Origin: an uncultured Lentisphaeria bacterium
Lineage (GTDB): Bacteria; Verrucomicrobiota; Lentisphaeria; JABSQK01; JAJFLO01
Assembly: GCA_951812855.1 (NCBI GenBank)
Contig: OX638337.1
Span: 1,890,001-1,922,000, forward strand
Direction of reading: 5' to 3'
DNA length: 32,000 bases
Within the stretch, counting starts at the first letter, position 1. Each line of letters opens with the position of its first letter. A model generated the notes under the pieces. That model saw nothing but the letters and a program-made list of their open reading frames with translations, did not search any database and was not told the origin of the DNA. Positions 9,910 to 19,781 of the stretch are shown here, one piece after another. Position numbers and translations under genes: made by a program.

Positions 9910-11874
9910 ATGTTTGGATTTTATCGAATCGCTGCTGCAGTACCGATTCTCAAAGTCGCTGATGTGGGATATAACAGAGATCAGATTATTAAACTCATAA
10001 AGGCTGCGGATAAAAAAAATGCATCTTTGGTGGTTTTTCCTGAATTATCTGTTACTGCATATACGTGTGGTGATTTGTTTCTGCAGAACCGGTTAATTGA
10101 GAAAGCGATGGATGCAGTAAACTTTATTTGTGCTTCCACAAAAACATTAAGTATTATCTCTATTGTCGGTGCTCCGATCCGGATGAACAATGCTTTATAT
10201 AATTGTGCAGTCATTATTCAGGGGGGGGCAATCAGAGGCATTGTGCCAAAGAGTTTTCTGCCTAACTATAAAGAATATTATGAAAAAAGATGGTTTGCTT
10301 CCGGAAAATCGATATCAAATACAAATATCACCATTTGTGATCAGACGGTATCCTTTGGAAGTGATTTGTTATTTCAGGTAAATTCGGAATTAAGTATAGG
10401 GATCGAATTGTGTGAGGATCTTTGGAATGTTATTCCGCCAAGTTCTAATCATGCTGTTGCCGGAGCAACCGTAATTGCCAATTTATCTGCAAGTAATGAA
10501 CTGGTTACAAAAGCAGATTACCGCCGGGATCTGGTTCGGCAGCAAAGTGCTCGATGTGTTTCCGCTTATATTTATTCATCGGCCGGTGTCTCAGAATCAT
10601 CCACGGATCTTTTGTTTAGTGGTCATACAATGATTGCAGAAAATGGAACGATTCTGTCCGAGACAGATCGATTTGAATCTGAAAATATAATCGAATTTGC
10701 CGATATTGACTGTCAACGATTAATTTCAACTCGGATAAATGAAACGTCATTTTCTGATAATGAAGTACTTCCTTATCGAACAATTCCACTGGATGGGATA
10801 AAGAAATTGAAACGGATTAATCGGTCTTTCAATCAAAATCCGTTTGTCCCGGATGATATGTCTGAAAGGGATAAGCATTGTTCAGATATCATTAATATTC
10901 AATCAAGTGCACTTGCGAAACGATTGAGCCATATCAATGCAAAATCAGCTGTCATCGGTATTTCAGGAGGGTTGGATTCAACGCTGGCATTACTGGTCGT
11001 TCACGCTGCGGCATCCAAAATAAATTTCAGAAGTAAAAATATCATCGCAGTCACAATGCCCGGATTCGGAACGAGTAAATCAACTTATGATAATGCTGTG
11101 CAGCTTTGTACTCTGTTAAAAGTTGATTTTAGACAGATTGATATCAAACCAGCTTGTGAGCAGCATTTCAAGGATATTGGACATGATCCGACGGTTACAG
11201 ATATAACCTATGAAAATACCCAGGCCCGTGAACGAACGCAGATTTTAATGGATTTGGCCAATAAAGAAAATGGAATCGTAATTGGAACAGGAGACTTATC
11301 AGAAATGGCGTTGGGATGGTCAACATTTAATGGTGATCATATGTCCATGTATGCGGTGAATTGCAGTGTTCCGAAAACGCTGGTAAGGTATCTGATTCAA
11401 TGGGTAGCCGAACGTAGCAATGCGAAGCTGAAGCAAACACTTCTAAACATAATTGACACCCCGATCAGCCCTGAATTATTGCCAGTTTCCAAAACAGGAT
11501 CAATCACCCAGAAGACTGAAGAGATTGTCGGACCCTGTGAACTTCATGATTTCTTCCTCTATCACTTCCTAAAGTACGGTGCATCTCCAGATAAAATCGC
11601 TTATTTGGCGTTGCTGGCTTTTCACAAAGTCTATAGCAGAAATGAAATTTCAAAATGGCTGAAGATTTTTATGCAGCGATTTTTTTCCCGACAGTTTAAA
11701 CGAAACTGTGTTCCTGATGGTCCAAAAGTTGGAACAATCAGTCTATCCCCACGCGGAGATTGGCGAATGCCGTCGGATGCATCCTCTTCAGAATGGATTA
11801 CCTTGAGAGACGAATTGAATCATGGCAAAACCGGATTGGGTAAAGGAACTTACTCAGTGGTACTCCCAAAATAA
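9910..11874 (+). CDS. nadE: glutamine-dependent NAD+ synthetase
   Basis: N-terminal CN-hydrolase domain (FPELSVTAY, IELCEDLW) is fused to an NAD-synthase domain with the PP-loop GISGGLDST and RGDWRMPSDA near the C-terminus. Confidence 0.85.
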   Translation: MFGFYRIAAAVPILKVADVGYNRDQIIKLIKAADKKNASLVVFPELSVTAYTCGDLFLQNRLIEKAMDAVNFICASTKTLSIISIVGAPIRMNNALYNCAVIIQGGAIRGIVPKSFLPNYKEYYEKRWFASGKSISNTNITICDQTVSFGSDLLFQVNSELSIGIELCEDLWNVIPPSSNHAVAGATVIANLSASNELVTKADYRRDLVRQQSARCVSAYIYSSAGVSESSTDLLFSGHTMIAENGTILSETDRFESENIIEFADIDCQRLISTRINETSFSDNEVLPYRTIPLDGIKKLKRINRSFNQNPFVPDDMSERDKHCSDIINIQSSALAKRLSHINAKSAVIGISGGLDSTLALLVVHAAASKINFRSKNIIAVTMPGFGTSKSTYDNAVQLCTLLKVDFRQIDIKPACEQHFKDIGHDPTVTDITYENTQARERTQILMDLANKENGIVIGTGDLSEMALGWSTFNGDHMSMYAVNCSVPKTLVRYLIQWVAERSNAKLKQTLLNIIDTPISPELLPVSKTGSITQKTEEIVGPCELHDFFLYHFLKYGASPDKIAYLALLAFHKVYSRNEISKWLKIFMQRFFSRQFKRNCVPDGPKVGTISLSPRGDWRMPSDASSSEWITLRDELNHGKTGLGKGTYSVVLPK

Positions 11875-12898
11875 ACGGTCAATGCCGTGGCGTGATAACC
11901 CTCTGCCTTATTATATTTGGGTTAGTGAAGTAATGCTCCAGCAAACTCAGGTGGAAACCGTTATACCCTATTTTAAGAGATTTATTACTCGATTCCCCGA
12001 TTTAAACACCTTGGCAAACTCAGACTTTCAGGACGTTCTGAAAATGTGGGAGGGCCTGGGGTATTATGCACGAGCTCGTAATTTTCATAAAGCAGCGAGC
12101 CTGGTTATTCAGGAAGGTAATGGAGTTATTCCTGACAATTTTGAGGATTTGCGAAAACTTCCCGGTTTGGGCGACTATACCGCCGCCGCAGTGGCAAGTA
12201 TTGCTTTTGGACAGAAAATACCCGTGGTTGACGGAAATGTCTTGCGAGTATTCGCCCGATTTTGGGGAATAAAAGAGGATATCAAAACGAACAGTGTAAA
12301 AAGACATATTTTTGACCGGTTAAAAAATGTAATATCGACTTCCAGACCCTCAGACTTTAATCAGGCCATTATGGAATTGGGTGCACTGGTTTGTCGTCCC
12401 AAAAATCCATTGTGCCCGCAATGCCCGCTTCAGAAACAATGTGTTGCTTTCAAAAAAAATATTACAGACGAACTGCCGATTATTAAGAAGAAAGCAAAAA
12501 TCCCTACATACATCTACGGTGCATGTGTCATTTGGCGTGGGAACAGATTTTTAATATCCCGACGTGATAATGATCAAATGTTAGGTGGACTCTGGGAGTT
12601 CCCCGGAGGGCGACTGGAAGGGAATCTTAATTTGAAGAAACAGTCCTTTGAATTAGTTGAAAAGATCACCAATCTCGAGTTTAAAATGTTAAAGGACTTC
12701 TATAAAATCAGACATACTTATTCTCATTTTAAGAAAGAATTAACTGCATATAAATGTCAATTATTAGAACAAAAAGTGATTGCAGGCGATGTCGTTGATC
12801 CAGAAGATAATTTTAGATGGATTACGCTATCAGAAGTGACAAATTTCCCTTTCGATAAAGCAACCTTAAAGGTTATTGATAAAATCGTAAAAAGATAG
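11822..12898 (+). CDS. mutY: A/G-specific adenine DNA glycosylase
   Basis: WYSQNKRSMPWR, VSEVMLQQTQV, HhH-GPD LPGLGDYTAAAVASIAFG...VDGNV, Fe-S cluster loop CRPKNPLCPQCPLQKQC and a NUDIX-like C-terminal domain. The only start upstream of the conserved N-terminus overlaps nadE by 53 nt. Confidence 0.85.
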   Translation: MAKPDWVKELTQWYSQNKRSMPWRDNPLPYYIWVSEVMLQQTQVETVIPYFKRFITRFPDLNTLANSDFQDVLKMWEGLGYYARARNFHKAASLVIQEGNGVIPDNFEDLRKLPGLGDYTAAAVASIAFGQKIPVVDGNVLRVFARFWGIKEDIKTNSVKRHIFDRLKNVISTSRPSDFNQAIMELGALVCRPKNPLCPQCPLQKQCVAFKKNITDELPIIKKKAKIPTYIYGACVIWRGNRFLISRRDNDQMLGGLWEFPGGRLEGNLNLKKQSFELVEKITNLEFKMLKDFYKIRHTYSHFKKELTAYKCQLLEQKVIAGDVVDPEDNFRWITLSEVTNFPFDKATLKVIDKIVKR

Positions 12899-12954
12899 AG
12901 ATATTTCAATCAAATAATTTCCCCCGGCGATTTCCGGTGAACTAATTTATTAAA

Positions 12955-13135
12955 TCAACAGCCCCGCCGCAGCCGGGTGGATCAAGACAGCTCGTACGGC
13001 CGATGCAGTAACGAGAATCCGCTTTGCGGACGTTAACCAGCGGGGTATGACTCCGCTTGAAAAAATATTGGCCTCGATGCAGGTGTCGGGGAAATAAACC
13101 CGCGACGGCGGCCAAGCCCGCGAGTGGGATAAAAT
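12955..13135. ncRNA. G+C-rich intergenic element with nested helices; candidate structured RNA of unknown class (strand undetermined)
   Basis: By hand count it is ~52-65% G+C per 60-nt block, in an otherwise AT-rich window. Closing helix: 12964-12969/13106-13111 plus 12974-12977/13099-13102. Inner hairpins: 12991-12995/13011-13015, 13018-13022/13026-13030 and 13039-13043/13053-13057. The ORFs predicted across it are not protein-like. Confidence 0.3.
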
Positions 13136-13155
13136 GATACATCGATGATGAAACA

Positions 13156-14220
13156 ATGCACAAGATAATTCATATTGATATGGATGCATTTTATGCGGCG
13201 ATTGAACAAAGAGACAACCCGGCACTGAGGGGAAAGCCGATTGCCGTTGGTGGATCAGAACGTCGAGGAGTTGTCGCTACTGCAAGTTATGAGGCTCGTA
13301 AATTTGGCGTGTATTCGGCCATGCCGTCATTAACCGCAAAACGTAAATGTCCATCACTTGTTTTTGTTCCGTCTCGGGCAGCAGTCTATCGGGAAGTCTC
13401 AAAACAGATCCGCGAAATTTTTTTCGAATACACAGATTTGGTTGAACCCTTGTCTTTGGATGAGGCATTCTTAGACGTCACGTCCAATGAAAAGCAGATA
13501 GCTTCTGCAACTCTACTGGCAAGAGAACTGAAAGAACGCATTCGGAAGGAAACAAAACTCACAGCTTCCGCAGGAGTTTCAATCAATAAGTTCCTTGCTA
13601 AAATTGCCTCAGATTTTCAGAAACCCAATGGACTGACCGTTGTACCCCCTGAAAAAGCGGTCCCATTTATAGAAGCACTCCCGATAGAAAAGTTTTATGG
13701 AGTCGGGAAGGTTACCGCTAAAAAAATGCATAAATTGAGTGTGTATAATGGTGCGGATCTTAGGCAGTGGACCAAAGAAAAGTTAATCCGGCATTTTGGA
13801 AAATCAGGGAATTATTATTTTGATATTGCCCATGTCCAGGATGAGAGACCGGTAAATCCTGCCCGAATACGCAAGTCCTTAGGTGCAGAGAGAACATTTC
13901 GTTCAGACCTCGTTGCAGATCAGGATATTTACACATCGCTGAAGGGCATAACCGAGGAAGTAATGAGACGGATGGAAAAGGCTAATATTACAGGAAAAAC
14001 CGTTACCGTAAAAATTAAATTTTCAGATTTTCGTCAGATTACCCGAAGCATAACAGTTGATAAAGTGGTTAATTCGTTCGATAAACTATGGGAACTTGCC
14101 CAGACGTTGCTCTTAAAAGTAGATCTCGATACAAAACAGATTCGATTACTTGGCATCACACTCTCGAATTTTGATACCGGAGAAATCTCAACCTCTGAAC
14201 AACTGGAGATGGAATTTTAG
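13156..14220 (+). CDS. dinB: DNA polymerase IV (Y-family translesion polymerase)
   Basis: IIHIDMDAFYAAIEQRDNPALRGKPIAVGG, SLDEAFLDVT, ASAGVSINKFLAKIASDFQKPNG, FYGVGKVT. Confidence 0.9.
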   Translation: MHKIIHIDMDAFYAAIEQRDNPALRGKPIAVGGSERRGVVATASYEARKFGVYSAMPSLTAKRKCPSLVFVPSRAAVYREVSKQIREIFFEYTDLVEPLSLDEAFLDVTSNEKQIASATLLARELKERIRKETKLTASAGVSINKFLAKIASDFQKPNGLTVVPPEKAVPFIEALPIEKFYGVGKVTAKKMHKLSVYNGADLRQWTKEKLIRHFGKSGNYYFDIAHVQDERPVNPARIRKSLGAERTFRSDLVADQDIYTSLKGITEEVMRRMEKANITGKTVTVKIKFSDFRQITRSITVDKVVNSFDKLWELAQTLLLKVDLDTKQIRLLGITLSNFDTGEISTSEQLEMEF

Positions 14221-14450
14221 CGTGTAGGATTTATGACGGCTATAATTTCATGCTTTGGTCGATACAAATTTTGTTATATAATTGATCCAATAGAAATACC
14301 AAAACTATTGAATCGTTATTTGGGATTTAGATCATTCCAATTAATCCCCCCGTATGCAAAGATCGTGTATGTTGTGAGATTCACTTCATACACATCAAAT
14401 GCATAACGATCAGAATGATATCCTGCAAATAAATAAATAAATAAATCCAA

Positions 14451-15455
<1,005 letters not shown>

Positions 15456-15684
15456 TTATATTTTCCCGCTATTGAATTGTTCTGTATAATAGTTTAAATA
15501 AGTACCCGATTGGATGGGATATGTAAATTGCTTTATCGACTTGCTTTCATATTTCAAAGCCTGTCATAATTAAAATCGGGATGTCCGGAATTAAAACAGT
15601 ATAAATAAAAGCCTTAAAACAAGCTTCGAATCTAAAAGGTGATTAATCATTGGTCAACTCGGGTTAGTGAAGGAACAGGAAAAA

Positions 15685-16758
15685 ATGCCAAATAAATCGA
15701 CGTCCTATGATAAGGCGGGAGTTAATATTGATCTTGCACATTCTTTGATGGATAATGTTAAAGACACCATTAAGGATACTTATCGAAACGAAGTTGTTCA
15801 GGAACCCGGTACTTTTGGCGGGTTGTTTGCGATTGATTTTTCTAAATATAAAGAACCGGTGCTGGTTTCAAGTGTAGATGGAGTTGGTACCAAATTGATG
15901 GTCGCATCTTTAATGAATAATCATAAAACTGTCGGCCATGATATTGTTAACCATTGTATCAATGATATTGCCTGTCAGGGAGCTGAACCTCTTTATTTTT
16001 TAGATTATTTAGGAATTGGTAAGTTAAAAAGTCCACTATATGAAAATGTCATTAATGGTATTGCTGAAGCGTGTGCTTGCCGGGGAGTTGCATTATTGGG
16101 TGGTGAAACTGCAGAAATGCCGGGGATGTATGGGGACGATTATGATCTGGTGGGGGCTATTACCGGAGTTGTTGACAGATCGAAAATGATAACCGGACGA
16201 AATATTTCTGAAGGTGACATAATTATTGGTTTAAGCTCAAGTGGATTGCATACAAACGGCTATAGTCTTGCCCGTAAAGTACTTTTTGATGAATCAGGTA
16301 TGAACGTGAATTCCTGCATTGAAAACTCAAATCAAACACTCGGTAACGCATTGCTTGAGCCACATGTCTGTTATTGGCAGGCAATTAAACGGATACTTAA
16401 CAGTAATATTCACGCACATGGAATTGCACATATTACCGGAGGTGGCTTTTATGACAATGTCTCAAGAATTTTGCCTGGATCTGTCAATGCTCAAATTGAA
16501 CCTGAACGATTGCCAATCCCGCCAATTTTTAATTTAATCAAAGAAAAAGGCAATATTGATAATGGTGAAATGTATCGTGTATTTAACATGGGCGTTGGTA
16601 TGATGTGGGTCGTGCCGTCATCAGATGAAAAGGAGGCACTGTCAATTTGTAAAGATGAAGGATTTAATGCTGAAAAAATAGGCGAAATAACGCCAGGTTC
16701 AGGTTCTGTAAAGCTCGAAGGAATCGATATAAACCAGCCTGTTTTGAATTTAAAATAG
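15685..16758 (+). CDS. purM: phosphoribosylformylglycinamidine cyclo-ligase (AIR synthetase)
   Basis: SYDKAGVNID, DGVGTKL, GGETAEMPGMY, GLHTNGYSL. I prefer ATG 15685 (MPNKSTSYDKAGV) over the tracked GTG at 15667. Confidence 0.9.
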   Translation: MPNKSTSYDKAGVNIDLAHSLMDNVKDTIKDTYRNEVVQEPGTFGGLFAIDFSKYKEPVLVSSVDGVGTKLMVASLMNNHKTVGHDIVNHCINDIACQGAEPLYFLDYLGIGKLKSPLYENVINGIAEACACRGVALLGGETAEMPGMYGDDYDLVGAITGVVDRSKMITGRNISEGDIIIGLSSSGLHTNGYSLARKVLFDESGMNVNSCIENSNQTLGNALLEPHVCYWQAIKRILNSNIHAHGIAHITGGGFYDNVSRILPGSVNAQIEPERLPIPPIFNLIKEKGNIDNGEMYRVFNMGVGMMWVVPSSDEKEALSICKDEGFNAEKIGEITPGSGSVKLEGIDINQPVLNLK

Positions 16759-16771
16759 TTTTAGGCTTAAT

Positions 16772-17143
16772 TCAACGGGAGGCACAGCACATACACAATG
16801 TCGTTTCAGGTATTGCCAAAATTCGATCAATCGGTATGGCGTTTCCACAGTACATGTACTGGCCAAATTCAGGAGTATTTGCCTTGTTCAGGACGGTTTC
16901 TAATTGAACTTTGCGTGTTTGTGCCCTGGTTAATATTTGCTCATTTATCATTTTATTTCCTATAGCATCCATCCGACTGACTCGTCCAATTGCATTGGCA
17001 GGACTGACAGGCTGAGTTAATTTTTCCAGATATCTAATTTCTTCATTGGTTCGATTTATTCCTGCACATAAGTTTTCAAAGGCATGGGAAATATTTAAAT
17101 TAAATCCTTTTAACAGCAGGCCGGGAACACACAAAATCCGCAA
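16772..17143 (-). CDS. DksA/TraR-family zinc-finger protein (degenerate first Cys pair)
   Basis: PVSPANAIGRVSRMDAIGNKMINEQ followed by the C-terminal finger GQYMYCGNAIPIDRILAIPETTLCMCC. The usual CxxC...CxxC reads YxxC...CxxC here. The N-terminal start is uncertain. Confidence 0.6.
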   Translation of the reverse strand: MRILCVPGLLLKGFNLNISHAFENLCAGINRTNEEIRYLEKLTQPVSPANAIGRVSRMDAIGNKMINEQILTRAQTRKVQLETVLNKANTPEFGQYMYCGNAIPIDRILAIPETTLCMCCASR

Positions 17144-17396
17144 ACCTTCTGCTGAAGCAAAAACTACGGTCTATTCAGTTGTTATTGAATCAGATTTAAG
17201 AACTGTTTTTAAGCTTGATGGTGATATGGTTTACAGTACAGACATAGGAAGCCATGACAGTTACAGATAATATCATTTAATATCATTTCAGGATTATTTG
17301 TATCATCAACTATTCAACTTCGCCTATTTAATTTCATTTACTCGATACCTTTCCAGGTATTTTTCTACAACGATACTTCATAACGTGTTATGGGTG

Positions 17397-18133
17397 TCAG
17401 GATTTGCAGAAAGTTTTTACAGCACAAGCCACGTTCTGCCCATCTATTGCTGCGGAAATAATTCCTCCTGCATAGCCATTTCCTTGGCCACATGGAAAGA
17501 GTCCCTTTATCTGATTGTGCATTAGGGGTTGAGGATCTCGTGGAATTCGGACTGGAGAACTGGTGCGGCTCTCAGTTCCGATTACATTTGCTTCATCTCT
17601 GTAATATCCATGGATTTTACGGCGGAAATCCGCATTGCTTCCTGCAGATGGCGATAGATTTTCGGTAATAACTCGTGCAAAAAATCGGGATATAGTCGTG
17701 GAATATAGGACGAGTTTGACAGGTTCTCTGAATTTTCACCATTCACAAAATCTGTCAACCAATAAACGTAATGCTTTGTAAATATCACCTCGTTTGTGTG
17801 AACGAGTATATAGCTAACCGTCTGAATAGGTACCGGCTCTGCCTTCTCCAAAACAATAATTGGAATGTGGATTGACAACAGCAAATTTCTGAATGGTTCT
17901 TAAATCTTTTCGGCACGATTGAATATCCTTTCCCCGTTCAAAAATCATTGGCTTTAAGCCCGGTTCAATCAGTTCCAGAGCAGCGAAATAACCTGCTGGT
18001 CTTGAACCGACAATGATTATTGGAGTTCGTTCTTTTACATGTTGAAGATTATTTATCAAAACAGATTTGGGAGGAGGAGCGTCATCAATATGTACAGCTG
18101 CCAGAAGACAAACAGCGGGCAGTGAACGGCGTG
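17397..18133 (-). pseudogene. decayed FAD-dependent oxidoreductase (COG2509-like)
   Basis: The N-terminal piece is IIIVGSRPAGYFAALELIEPGLKPMIFERGKD...FGEGRAGTYSDG. It is followed by an in-frame TAG (17814-17816) where homologues have Lys, then LYTRSHKRGDI. The middle piece LTDFVNGENSENLSNSSYIP...LLPKIYRHLQEA is in another frame. The C-terminal piece DFRRKIHGYYRDEANVIGTESRTSSPVRIPRD...GLFPCGQGNGYAGGIISAAIDG is back in the first frame. Total span is ~245 codons, versus roughly twice that remembered for intact family members. Confidence 0.7.
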
Positions 18134-19066
18134 CTAATCAGTTTTTGCTTCGTTTTTTATTGAAGAAAGTATTGTCCCTGAGGGGTTATTAAAAAGACGT
18201 CGGGTCGGATAAGCAAAATCAATTGTGTCAAATTTTGCAAATTCAGTTAATATATCTTTCCAGATATTCTGTTCAGTGCTGCGACGTTTCCTGGGCTCAC
18301 ATAAGAACCGCAGCGTTAACAAGACCCCACTGTCTTTTACCGTCAAATATACCGTAGGTGTGAGTTTGTTATAGTGAATAAGATAGGTGTGGGCCGCCTT
18401 TTTTACTTTGGACTTGGCTGAGCCAGACAAGTGAGCTGCATGACTGTTTGCAATTTTTAACAGAATTTCATTAGCGTTTTTCCAGTCACTTTCAAATGTA
18501 ATAAGGACAGGTATTTCGTGCCAGATGTATTGAAAGCCTTTAGAATAATTCGCCAGATGTTCCTGAAACACCCGCCCATTCGGTACATGTATCACCCGGC
18601 CTGTACTTTGGTCAGCATCAACCCAATTTCCTATTTCCATCATGGTAAACATAAAGATCCTCTGATCGATTATGTCGCCTTTTACCTGACCAATCTCAAT
18701 GCGATCTCCCACTTCAAATGGACGACGCCAGAGAATGAATGCCCAACCGGCAAGGTTGGCAATCGGGACTTGTAATGCAATTGCCAATCCTGCTGATAAT
18801 AACCCGAGAAATGTTGATAGAGTCTGAATCCCTTCAAACCAAATCCTTCCTGCCAGCACAAAAGCAAGAAAGAATAAAACATAGGTAACAGATTTTCGCC
18901 ACCGATAGAGAATTCTCTCGTTTTCAGTTTGTTTAGAGGCCACTCTTAAAATGATGAAACGGAGAATAAGAACAGCAAAAATTATAAAAAATGATAACAC
19001 TGATTTATATAATAATAACGGACTGATTCCAAAGGTTGACTGAACCCAATCAATAATTTCATTCAT
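18134..19066 (-). CDS. MscS-family mechanosensitive ion channel protein
   Basis: N-terminal TM helices, then the MscS beta-domain motif FEVGDRIEIGQVKGDIIDQRIFMFTMMEIGNW...GRVIHVPNGRVF. ATG 19066 overlaps the upstream stop by 8 nt (ATGAATGA). The tracked start at 19084 is a TTG alternative. Confidence 0.8.
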   Translation of the reverse strand: MNEIIDWVQSTFGISPLLLYKSVLSFFIIFAVLILRFIILRVASKQTENERILYRWRKSVTYVLFFLAFVLAGRIWFEGIQTLSTFLGLLSAGLAIALQVPIANLAGWAFILWRRPFEVGDRIEIGQVKGDIIDQRIFMFTMMEIGNWVDADQSTGRVIHVPNGRVFQEHLANYSKGFQYIWHEIPVLITFESDWKNANEILLKIANSHAAHLSGSAKSKVKKAAHTYLIHYNKLTPTVYLTVKDSGVLLTLRFLCEPRKRRSTEQNIWKDILTEFAKFDTIDFAYPTRRLFNNPSGTILSSIKNEAKTD

Positions 19067-19781
19067 AGTTGAGGACCTTTTCAAGTTCAGGTATTCTCTT
19101 CCAGGTTTTTGTTCCCCAGAAGATCAATGTTGCTGTCATAAATGTTAGAAAAAAATGTGTGAAATCTAATGAGAGAAAAATATTCCATGTATCATATAAT
19201 GTATGGATGGTCACAGAAATAATATACCCGAATATTAATGGTATAATACTTAGATTTTTAAATGATTTGACTGTGGCCAGTCCATGGATCATCCCCATGC
19301 TCCCATGCAGAGGAATTGCAATAAACCCTCTGCTTATTAACAACTCCAGTTCTATATGGGAATATGCAATTAAATTCTCGACAGCTCCGAATGCTAATCC
19401 CAATGTAACAAATCCTAATACAATATCTGCATGAAAAAGGCGGAATTTCTTTGTCGGGATAACTGATAGAACGAATATACCAAAGGACAGTTTCCAAAAT
19501 TCCTCCCCCAGACCAGCACCAATAAAAAAGCCGAGGAAGCTATGCAGTTTATTACTGGAATAAACCCATAATTCTGTTTCCCGACTTAAAAATAGATTAA
19601 ATATAAGTGCGGGTACAGTCGAGAATACCCCGGAAATTCCAAATAAAATACAAAGTCCTGCAGGAGGTTTCAGCCAAAAATATTTTGATTTTACCATCCC
19701 GATGTAAATCAGTATACATGACCAGGAGCAAAGTAGCAGCAGGCTCATTACGAATTTTCCTTTTTGATTTCGCTTAGCCAT
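19059..19781 (-). CDS. PrsW-like (CAAX-protease superfamily) polytopic intramembrane protease
   Basis: ~7 hydrophobic helices. Motifs GLGEEFWK (EExxK), IPLHGSMGMIHG and HTLYDTW (HxxxD) are arranged as in PrsW-family proteases. An alternative start at 19748 forms a TAATG overlap with the upstream stop. Confidence 0.6.
   Translation of the reverse strand: MAKRNQKGKFVMSLLLLCSWSCILIYIGMVKSKYFWLKPPAGLCILFGISGVFSTVPALIFNLFLSRETELWVYSSNKLHSFLGFFIGAGLGEEFWKLSFGIFVLSVIPTKKFRLFHADIVLGFVTLGLAFGAVENLIAYSHIELELLISRGFIAIPLHGSMGMIHGLATVKSFKNLSIIPLIFGYIISVTIHTLYDTWNIFLSLDFTHFFLTFMTATLIFWGTKTWKRIPELEKVLNYE

Noticed and set aside
10221-10228. Homopolymeric G8 tract inside nadE, a G7 tract inside nnr (~7893-7899), and an (AAT)5 run encoding NNNNN in the cas3 HD domain (~27996-28010).
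   Set aside because: The reading frames are intact. The G tracts lie in housekeeping genes, which are unlikely to be phase-variable, and the AAT repeat can only change length in-frame. They are worth remembering only as possible sequencing-error hotspots.
11822-11874. 53-nt overlap between the nadE 3' end and the mutY start.
   Set aside because: The overlap appears real, since it uses the only start upstream of the conserved mutY N-terminus. Such overlaps are common in compact genomes, and nothing suggests a special mechanism.
12942-13225. Two overlapping minus-strand ORFs (73 and 91 aa) across the G+C-rich element.
   Set aside because: The translations are Pro/Arg/Ala/Cys-rich and not protein-like. 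They overlap each other and the dinB start. The open frames are a by-product of high G+C content.
14424-14447. (AAAT)5 microsatellite immediately after the gap stop codon.
   Set aside because: A short AT-rich simple repeat in a convergent intergenic region, with no associated structure or function evident.
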